From an uncultured Bacteroidales bacterium (GTDB lineage: Bacteria; Bacteroidota; Bacteroidia; Bacteroidales; B18-G4), in contig CAZASJ010000001.1 in NCBI GenBank assembly GCA_964487735.1, positions 57,051-121,050 on the forward strand: a stretch of 64,000 nt of DNA. The letters are read 5' to 3'. The first letter of the stretch is position 1. Every line of letters begins with the position of its first letter. Below are positions 56,789-64,000 of this stretch, piece after piece. The translations under genes and the position numbers were made by a program. Under the pieces are notes generated by a model. The model did no database searches, was not told where the DNA came from, and saw only the letters and a list, made by a program, of their open reading frames with translations.

Positions 56789-58939
56789 ATGCTTAAAAAA
56801 CTATTTTTCAGTATTCTGATTTCAGGCTCCTTATACGGCCAATCTCAAAATTACACCTATCCGTATCTTGATCCCTCTATTCCGGATTCACTCCGGGTAG
56901 AAGACCTTATGTCGAAGCTTACACTTGACGAAAAGGCATCTCTGACCCTTTACAACAGTCCGTCCATTGCAAGGCTTGGCATTCCGGAATACAATTGGTG
57001 GAACGAATGCCTCCATGGAGTGGGACGGGCAGGTTTGGCAACGGTTTTTCCGCAAGCCATCGGGCTGGCAGCAAGCTTCGATGAGAAACTCATTTATGAG
57101 GTCGCCACGGCCATATCAGACGAGGCCAGGGCGAAGCATCACGCAGCAGTACGCAAAGGTTACAGGGCGCAATATATGGGCCTGACATTCTGGTCGCCCA
57201 ATATCAATATTTTTCGGGATCCACGCTGGGGAAGAGGACAGGAAACCTATGGGGAAGATCCCTACCTGACTTCTGTAACAGGCCGTGCATTTGTACATGG
57301 CCTGCAGGGAAATGATCCGGACTACCTTAAGGTGGCGGCCTGTGCAAAGCATTATGTTGTTCACAGCGGACCCGAAGAAAGCCGGCACCATTTCAATGCG
57401 GTACCCAATGAAATTGATTTCAGGGAAACCTACCTTCCTGCCTTCAGGGAATTGGTAGAAGCAGATGTTGAAGCCGTAATGTGTGCCTACAACCGTACTT
57501 ATGGTGAGCCCTGTTGTGGAAGCAAATACCTCCTGCAGGATATCCTTCGTGACGAATATGGGTTTGAAGGACATGTGGTAACGGATTGCTGGGCCCTGGA
57601 TGATATCTGGGCCAGGCATCAAAGCGTTGAAACAGGTGTTCAGGCAGCAGCCATGGCGGCCAAAGCCGGTGCAAATCTGAATTGCGGATATATTTATAAA
57701 TACCTGCCGGAAGCTGTTAGGCTGGGAATGATAATGGAAGAAGATGTGGACAATGTGCTCAGGCCCATCCTGACAAGCCGCTTTAAACTGGGCCTTTTCG
57801 ACCCGGACAGCATCAATCCTTATGCCTCCATCCCTCCGGAAATTGTGAATTGCGAAGCACATAAAGCATTGGCCAGGGAAGCAGCGCAAAAATCAATCGT
57901 ATTGCTAAAGAACAATGGTGTTCTTCCGCTAAATAAAGACAGCATTAATAGCATATTGGTTACAGGGCCCATGGCCTGCGACCTGAATGCCCTTGTTGGG
58001 AACTACAATGGTTATTCGGGGGAGATGGCCACGGTTCTTGAGGGAGTTGTAAATCATGCCGGACCGGCGATTTCTGTAAAATATACTGCAGGTGTTTTGC
58101 TTGATAACGACAGCCTCTTTAATGGCAATTGGCATAGCTCTTCCGACATCCTTATTGCTGTTGTGGGCATTAACAGGCTTCTTGAGGGTGAAAACGGAGA
58201 TGCCATGCTTAATAAAAATGGCGGCGACCGCATCCGTATTGAGCTGCCTGCGAACCAGGTGGAATATATCAGACAGATCAAGGAAAACATAGGGAACAAT
58301 AAGCTGGTGGTTGTTGTTACAGGCGGCAGTGCCATAGCCATGCCGGAAATAGAACAGATGGCTGATGCCCTCCTTTTCGCATGGTACCCCGGAGAGCAAG
58401 GGGGAAATGCTATTGCTGACCTGATCTTTGGCGATGTAAACCCTTCCGGAAGACTGCCCGTTAGCTTCTATAGAAGCACTTCCGACCTTCCTCCCATTGA
58501 TGATTACAGCATGGAAGGACGAACCTACAGATTTTTTAAAGGAGATGTGCTCTTTCCTTTCGGGCACGGTCTGTCGTACAGCAATTTTGAATACTTATCT
58601 GCAAATTTCCTAATGCATGGAGGACAGGGAATATCGGATATCGCGATCAGGGTAAAAATCCATAACAATAGCAGTGTGGATGGCGAAGAAGTGATACAGG
58701 TTTATGTAAAGGTGCCGGGTGCCGGATACCGGGTACCGGAAAAATCATTAGTCGGTTTTAAACGTGTATTAGTTGCTGCAGGGGAAAGCATGCATGTAAA
58801 CATTCCGCTTGATATTGACTTTATGAAACGCTGGGATGTGAGTGAACAGAAATACCTGCTTGTGCCTGGAGACTATGGTTTTTTTATTGGCGCATCATCG
58901 GAAGACATCCGCATTGAACTGACAAATTCCATCCCATAA
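56789..58939 (+). CDS. Glycoside hydrolase family 3 (beta-glucosidase/beta-xylosidase type)
   Basis: 716 aa with GH3 blocks SPNINIFRDPRWGRGQETYGEDPYL, KHYVVHSGPE and GHVVTDCWAL, plus a C-terminal Fn3-like domain. Confidence 0.92.
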   Translation: MLKKLFFSILISGSLYGQSQNYTYPYLDPSIPDSLRVEDLMSKLTLDEKASLTLYNSPSIARLGIPEYNWWNECLHGVGRAGLATVFPQAIGLAASFDEKLIYEVATAISDEARAKHHAAVRKGYRAQYMGLTFWSPNINIFRDPRWGRGQETYGEDPYLTSVTGRAFVHGLQGNDPDYLKVAACAKHYVVHSGPEESRHHFNAVPNEIDFRETYLPAFRELVEADVEAVMCAYNRTYGEPCCGSKYLLQDILRDEYGFEGHVVTDCWALDDIWARHQSVETGVQAAAMAAKAGANLNCGYIYKYLPEAVRLGMIMEEDVDNVLRPILTSRFKLGLFDPDSINPYASIPPEIVNCEAHKALAREAAQKSIVLLKNNGVLPLNKDSINSILVTGPMACDLNALVGNYNGYSGEMATVLEGVVNHAGPAISVKYTAGVLLDNDSLFNGNWHSSSDILIAVVGINRLLEGENGDAMLNKNGGDRIRIELPANQVEYIRQIKENIGNNKLVVVVTGGSAIAMPEIEQMADALLFAWYPGEQGGNAIADLIFGDVNPSGRLPVSFYRSTSDLPPIDDYSMEGRTYRFFKGDVLFPFGHGLSYSNFEYLSANFLMHGGQGISDIAIRVKIHNNSSVDGEEVIQVYVKVPGAGYRVPEKSLVGFKRVLVAAGESMHVNIPLDIDFMKRWDVSEQKYLLVPGDYGFFIGASSEDIRIELTNSIP

Positions 58940-58970
58940 AAAAAACCCCCTGCCGCTAAGCAGGGGGTTA
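58938..58970. terminator. Bidirectional terminator between the convergent GH3 and S8 peptidase genes
   Basis: CCCCCTGC cgctaa GCAGGGGG stem flanked by an A-run on the left, which reads as a U-run for the minus-strand transcript. Confidence 0.65.
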
Positions 58971-58984
58971 GCCTTATCAATTGA

Positions 58985-61900
58985 TTATTGTTTAATCAGT
59001 TTTGAGGTGAAGACTTCACCATCGCTTACGACTTTAACAATATACAATCCTTTTTCAAATTTGCTGATATCAATCGCCTCTTGTCCGTCAAGTTCTTCTC
59101 CGTAATACATCAGCTGTCCGGTCGTGTTAAAAATGTGCACCTGAATATCATCAGCACCGGGAACCATAATATTCAAAGTGTTTTGTGCAGGGTTTGGATA
59201 AAGTTTGATATCAAGCTCTTCCATCTCTTCAGAGTAGGACACCGGTATTGGCAGTTTATGAAGGGCTACCAGGTTTTGGCTTGCTATGAGCTGGGTTGAA
59301 GCAGTAATCCTGATATCATCAATGAAAACATCATCTTTATTTCCACTGGCATCGCACATAAACCTGATTTTCATATCTGTTGGGAAAGTATAATTAGATT
59401 CAAGTATGCTCACAGTAGCAACATAAAATGTCCCGTTTTCGAAATCAACACCTTTATCAAATACAGCAACTGTATTCCAGGCAAAGCCATCATAGTACTG
59501 AACCCAGAAATCCTCACTTGTTCTATCCATACTGATCGCAATGAAATAGAATTCAACATCTATCTGAATATATCCCGGATTATGCACATCCCTGCCACTT
59601 GTCATATAGAATGAAGAGGCTACACCGGAATTATCCTGAATATCAGCAGCATTGCTTCCGCTCCAGGCATAGGTTCCTGATGTATAAAGCTCACAATCTC
59701 CGCCGCCATCCGTCCATATTCCCCATCCACCTTCAAAGTCGCTAAAACTGAGTTCAACTTCCGTTGGGGCAGATGTAACTGTAATGTATCCAAGCTTTGT
59801 TTCGGTATCAGAACCATCTGCATTCGTGGCTGTCAGCGTAACATCATAGGTGCCTGCAGTGCTGTAGATCACGGATGGGCTGCTTGCTGTAGAAGTTGCA
59901 GGCGAGCCTCCGGGGAATGACCATGACCATGAGGTCGGGTTATTCGTAGAAAGATCGTTAAAGACAACCTCAAAGCCTTCAGGGATTGTAGTGAGGTTTG
60001 ATGTGAAATCTGCTACCGGAGGATAGAGTACATCGATTACGGTGATATAATCTACCTTGGTCTCAACATCCGAACCATCAGGGTTTGTTACGATCAGTTC
60101 CACGGTGTACACACCAGGATTGTTATAGGTTATACTCGGATTCTGAGCAGTGCTGCTGGCAGGAGTTCCTCCGCTGAAGGTCCATGCCCAGCTTGTTGCA
60201 TTGGATGAAAGATCCGTAAACTGAACACTCTCGTCTTCATTGATCGTTGTTGCATCGGCTGTAAATTCAGCAACAGGAAGCACTACAATATTGTTTACAG
60301 TGATGTATCCTGTTTTGATCTCAGTGTCTGAACCATAAGCGCTGCCAGCAATCAGGGTAACTGTATATGTACCCGGAGTAGTATAGCTTACAGCAGGATT
60401 CTGCACACTGCTGCTGGCCGGTGTTCCGCCTTCAAAGGTCCATGCCCATGTGTTGGGGTTGCCGCTTGAAAGATCACTGAACTGAACTGAACCACCTTCA
60501 TCAATCAGGGTATTGTCAGCTGTAAATTCGGCTGTCGGAGGATCAATAACGGTGATGTAAGCTGTCTTGGTTTCGGTATCAGCACCTACACTGTTTGTAG
60601 CTGTAAGGCTCACAGTGTATGTTCCGGCAGTATTGTAGGCAATGGCCGGATTTTGTGAAGTACTGCCTGAAGGCGTTCCCCCATCAAAGGTCCATGCCCA
60701 GTCAGTCGGGTTGTTGCTCGACTGGTCGGTAAACTGTACGCTTCCGCCGGTGGCGATGCTTGTATTGTTTGCTGCAAATTCAGCTACAGGAGGATCAAGT
60801 ACAGCTCCACCAACAACTTCAACCATATCAAAGGCGATATCGCTATAGTAGGTTGAGCTTGCACCACTTCCAACAATCCCTCTGAAACGTACAATAATAT
60901 TGCTTTCTCCGCCCCAGGCTGAGAGGTCAACAACGGCCTGCTCATAGGCATTGGCTTGTGCTGTTTGCTGTTGTCCACTGATGGACCATACATCATTGTT
61001 CCATGCACCATCATAAACATCAACATGCAGTGAGCCGATGGCTGCACCATACATATGATAGTAGAATGAAAGCTCAGGAGTGGGCAATGAGGTGAAGTTG
61101 AATGTAGCTTCGAGATGCGCTTCGTCGCCATTTACCCTTGGACTTGAAGACTCGGTAAACATATAATACATTCCATCATGAGCTGCTGTCGGGCCGGTTG
61201 AGCTGGAAGGTGTTCCTCCGCTATTTCTTGTCCAGTCGAAATCGTCAGAAGTTCCCTGTGCCCAGAGGCCAGTGCCTGACTCCCAGCTTTGTGAATAGGG
61301 GAAGCTGCTGATAATGTATGCGTTCGGATCTACTTCCTGAATGGTGATGTCGTCAAATGTAAAACCATCAGACGCTGTTGTGCTTGTAGCCGGGTAGTTA
61401 TCTTCCTGTCCGAAACGGATCTGGAATGTGGAGGTCGGTGTTTGTCCGGCTCCGCTCAGATAAGCGTCGATGTCGATCTGGTTGACCTGGTTCCATGCGC
61501 CTGCTGTACCACGGTTTGAATAAATATCATAAATTTCTATCCAGCTATTGCTGTTGCTGCCACGGATCCATACACGGTCATTTCCATGTGATTCCTCACC
61601 GTGGTGCATAAATGCGAATGAAAGCTCAAGCGTCGTGGAAGTACTATAAGCGGATAGGTTCAGGGTAGTGATCAGATAATTCACTGAGTATGTCCCTGAA
61701 GGATCACAATCAATGGTTGCTGCTCTAGCACCTGAAAAATAGAATCCGCTTCCGGCAGCAAATCTCAAGCGTCCGTTGGCAGTCTTTTCATAGCTCCATT
61801 CAGGCAAGCCATTAACCGCAGCAGTATTTGCTGTATAAGTTGTTGTTACAACATCTTCAAAATCTTCAGTCCACGGCAGTGAAAATGGCTGCGGTTCTGT

Positions 61901-63832
61901 TGCAACAATATATCCGTTCTTTATTTCGCTGTCAGAGCCTTCAGCATTTGTTGCTACCAGGGTAACATCATAGCTTCCTGCTACATTGAAAGTAACTTCA
62001 GGATGCTGTGAAGCTGCAGAAGTACCATTCACGAAAGTAACAGTAGATGGGCTGAATGACCATGTCCAGTTGTTTGGAGCATTGGTTGAGAGGTCGGTAA
62101 AGCTTACTGTTGCTCCGGTAAGAGGCGTGGTATCATCAGCAGAAAAATCAGCCACTGGTGGCATTGGTGTGGCTGTGCCTATTCCGGTAACAACCAGTGA
62201 GAAGACCTGAGATCCCCCTGAAAGGGTGCCATCATGATCAACTACAATTGTATAATCAGTTCCCGCTACAGGATTATCGATGGTAACCATCTCAACATTG
62301 TCCACATTGTTTTCGCTATTGCGTGTGGCTGCGTTGGCCGGATTGTTCCTGTCGAGTTTCCAGGGGTAATACGTATTTGATGCCTGTGTGATCCTGAGGT
62401 CAAGCTCATTTATGATCATGGCATTTGAAGGATCGAGTGATGCAGCAACAGGTGTACCGGGCAGGTCAGTCCAAACGATGGTAACCTGTAATGGTTCTGT
62501 CCCGGAAGCTGTAACAGTCCTTTGGTATGATCCGCCATTATTCAGCGTAACTTCCTCTATGGTATTCAGAGAAGCATTGTCGGAGATCACATCCGCGGCA
62601 GCGAGTGTATTCATAAGTCCCCATCCAAAAGCATAGTCAGGGCCGTCGTAGCTACCTGCTTCGTCAGCAGTATGAATAATTACGGCCTTGAGGGTTGAAG
62701 CCCGCATATGATTTCCTGATCCGTTCAGGTCTTCATAATGTTCCTGCAGGAGGATGGCTGAACCGGCAGCTGCCGGGGTAGCCATTGAAGTACCGCTGAG
62801 TGAAGCGTATTCACTATTGGAACCATCCATAGAAGAGTAAAGGCTCACACCATTTGAAGAAATATCGGGTTTGATACGTCCGTCATCGGCAGGGCCCCAG
62901 GCGCTGAATGAACTCATGACCACACTTGAAGGTCCTGAGTATCCGCCAATAACATCTTCAACAGCAGCAACGGTAAGTACGTTCTTACCTATCCCTGCAT
63001 GAGAAACGCAGTCATAGGGTCCGTCCAGTGGATAAGCAGGGTTTGAAGGGCCATCGCCCCGGTCATTTCCCGCTGATTTACATATCAGGTAGTAAGGGGC
63101 ATTATAAGCAATCTGATCCCAATCCTGTGCCTGTTCATCGTAAAAGCCAAATAAGTAATCTTCCTGGGTACTGATGCTGGTATTTCCGTACCACGACCAG
63201 CTAGTACCGTTCCATACCCATCCACGGCCGTAGCCATAAGAGTGATTTGAAACCAGTGCATTATTGTTAGCAGCTTCGGAAGCCATTTCAGATTCATCGC
63301 TGTTCCAGTCAAAAGCTCTCAGGTTGGCCGCAGGGGCCATTCCCTTTGCATTTGCAACCACACCCGATGCGATCATGGTACCTGCTACGTGTGTTGAGTG
63401 ATAATGAGTGGTGGTTACACCATCGCCCATTACAACCCTGCCACTGTATTCCTGGTGGGTAGTACGCACAGCACCACCATCCCATTCATGTACGGTCATG
63501 CCGGAACCATCCAGGTTGTAACCATAACCACCTCCGCTATTCACCTTATTGGTTGAAACAGAGGCTGAGGCATTTGAGTTGTTTGTGATGTAATATTGAG
63601 GCTGACCAAGTGCATCAATATACATCAGTTCCATGAGTACCTCGTCATTATCGATGATAAAGGGAAGGTTGTTTTGCGTTGCGAAGTTTAATGCTTCTGC
63701 TTTTTGTGCCTGAGATTCAACGGCCTTGCGGGCAGAGAATTCATTCAGGGCTGATTTGTTTGTAGTTGTCTGGCCTATAACCTGGATCATGGCAAACAAT
63801 AAACAAATGACTGCGATGCTTAACTTTCTCAT
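58985..63832 (-). CDS. Multidomain S8 (subtilisin-family) serine peptidase with PKD units and a T9SS type A C-terminal sorting domain
   Basis: 1615 aa. Catalytic triad contexts are HEWDGGAV (Asp), HSTHVAGTM (His) and SGTSMATPAAAGS (Ser). There are five PKD-like units (PPVA(D/E)F...W.W.F.GG.P), large beta-sandwich (MAM/LamG-like, uncertain) regions and the C-terminal KLYPNPAQNTLNI...GLYIVKVVSDGEVFTSKLIKQ. Confidence 0.9.
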   Translation of the reverse strand: MRKLSIAVICLLFAMIQVIGQTTTNKSALNEFSARKAVESQAQKAEALNFATQNNLPFIIDNDEVLMELMYIDALGQPQYYITNNSNASASVSTNKVNSGGGYGYNLDGSGMTVHEWDGGAVRTTHQEYSGRVVMGDGVTTTHYHSTHVAGTMIASGVVANAKGMAPAANLRAFDWNSDESEMASEAANNNALVSNHSYGYGRGWVWNGTSWSWYGNTSISTQEDYLFGFYDEQAQDWDQIAYNAPYYLICKSAGNDRGDGPSNPAYPLDGPYDCVSHAGIGKNVLTVAAVEDVIGGYSGPSSVVMSSFSAWGPADDGRIKPDISSNGVSLYSSMDGSNSEYASLSGTSMATPAAAGSAILLQEHYEDLNGSGNHMRASTLKAVIIHTADEAGSYDGPDYAFGWGLMNTLAAADVISDNASLNTIEEVTLNNGGSYQRTVTASGTEPLQVTIVWTDLPGTPVAASLDPSNAMIINELDLRITQASNTYYPWKLDRNNPANAATRNSENNVDNVEMVTIDNPVAGTDYTIVVDHDGTLSGGSQVFSLVVTGIGTATPMPPVADFSADDTTPLTGATVSFTDLSTNAPNNWTWSFSPSTVTFVNGTSAASQHPEVTFNVAGSYDVTLVATNAEGSDSEIKNGYIVATEPQPFSLPWTEDFEDVVTTTYTANTAAVNGLPEWSYEKTANGRLRFAAGSGFYFSGARAATIDCDPSGTYSVNYLITTLNLSAYSTSTTLELSFAFMHHGEESHGNDRVWIRGSNSNSWIEIYDIYSNRGTAGAWNQVNQIDIDAYLSGAGQTPTSTFQIRFGQEDNYPATSTTASDGFTFDDITIQEVDPNAYIISSFPYSQSWESGTGLWAQGTSDDFDWTRNSGGTPSSSTGPTAAHDGMYYMFTESSSPRVNGDEAHLEATFNFTSLPTPELSFYYHMYGAAIGSLHVDVYDGAWNNDVWSISGQQQTAQANAYEQAVVDLSAWGGESNIIVRFRGIVGSGASSTYYSDIAFDMVEVVGGAVLDPPVAEFAANNTSIATGGSVQFTDQSSNNPTDWAWTFDGGTPSGSTSQNPAIAYNTAGTYTVSLTATNSVGADTETKTAYITVIDPPTAEFTADNTLIDEGGSVQFSDLSSGNPNTWAWTFEGGTPASSSVQNPAVSYTTPGTYTVTLIAGSAYGSDTEIKTGYITVNNIVVLPVAEFTADATTINEDESVQFTDLSSNATSWAWTFSGGTPASSTAQNPSITYNNPGVYTVELIVTNPDGSDVETKVDYITVIDVLYPPVADFTSNLTTIPEGFEVVFNDLSTNNPTSWSWSFPGGSPATSTASSPSVIYSTAGTYDVTLTATNADGSDTETKLGYITVTSAPTEVELSFSDFEGGWGIWTDGGGDCELYTSGTYAWSGSNAADIQDNSGVASSFYMTSGRDVHNPGYIQIDVEFYFIAISMDRTSEDFWVQYYDGFAWNTVAVFDKGVDFENGTFYVATVSILESNYTFPTDMKIRFMCDASGNKDDVFIDDIRITASTQLIASQNLVALHKLPIPVSYSEEMEELDIKLYPNPAQNTLNIMVPGADDIQVHIFNTTGQLMYYGEELDGQEAIDISKFEKGLYIVKVVSDGEVFTSKLIKQ

Positions 63833-64000
63833 AAAATGACTATTTGCTTGTTTATTTATAGGTTATGCTGTCCGGTATTCTGTTTTGAAACGGCTCTGAT
63901 AACTACTAAGAAGGTGGGTTTCAGGACTTTTAATTAAAAAGGTTTGGTCGCTTTTGAAGTCCTTTTCAAATGTATATATTAATACATATGTAGCTTATAA

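Noticed and set aside
57116-57889. 257-aa ORF antisense to the GH3 gene.
   Set aside because: It lies entirely within a gene with strong GH3 motifs on the other strand. It has a low-complexity, Cys/His/Arg/Phe-rich composition and no start context, so it is a typical shadow ORF.

Overview
This 64-kb window looks like a Bacteroidota chromosome. The evidence is T9SS cargo proteins with type A and type B C-terminal sorting domains, a PorP/SprF gene, TAnnTTTG -7 boxes 20-70 nt upstream of many start codons, and atpFHAG without atpDC. I can support about 50 protein-coding genes and one tRNA-Leu(CAA).

Gene content from left to right:
- 1-3484: atpF(partial)-atpH-atpA-atpG.
- 3702-5821: ferritin, a rubrerythrin-like lipoprotein and a patatin-like lipase.
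- 6002-12204: a TetR gene followed by a three-gene RND efflux set.
- 12213-15659: a DUF4395-like protein, a TetR-SDR pair, a small unknown protein and a DUF3109-like protein.
- 16036-17037: an orphan ornithine carbamoyltransferase.
- 17166-28491: envelope and lipoprotein genes, a K+ channel, an M48 peptidase and an AI-2E transporter.
- 29049-36271: a PorP/SprF gene plus a 2024-aa adhesin with 22 PKD units.
- 37072-41757: typA, tRNA-Leu and a GH27 alpha-galactosidase.
- 42325-45878: an uncharacterised five-gene block.
- 46246-50033: prs-rplY-pth and glyQS.
- 50097-63832: a glycan-related cluster (PNGase-F-like protein, TonB-dependent receptor, unknown 805-aa lipoprotein, GH3) and a 1615-aa S8 peptidase that is T9SS cargo.

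I found no CRISPR array, integrase, transposase or recognisable defence genes.

The most unusual signals:
1. Intergenic DNA in at least 8 places is built from mosaics of 7-9-nt tandem words and short perfect palindromes.
2. A highly structured 82-nt element occurs as two identical direct copies bracketing the alpha-galactosidase gene. A third, diverged copy 24 kb away carries a compensatory stem change.
3. The five-gene block at 42.3-45.9 kb has three tandem paralogous membrane proteins (one truncated), a wHTH protein and a lipoprotein. I cannot assign it to any known family.

All family assignments come from motif recognition by eye. No database searches were run.
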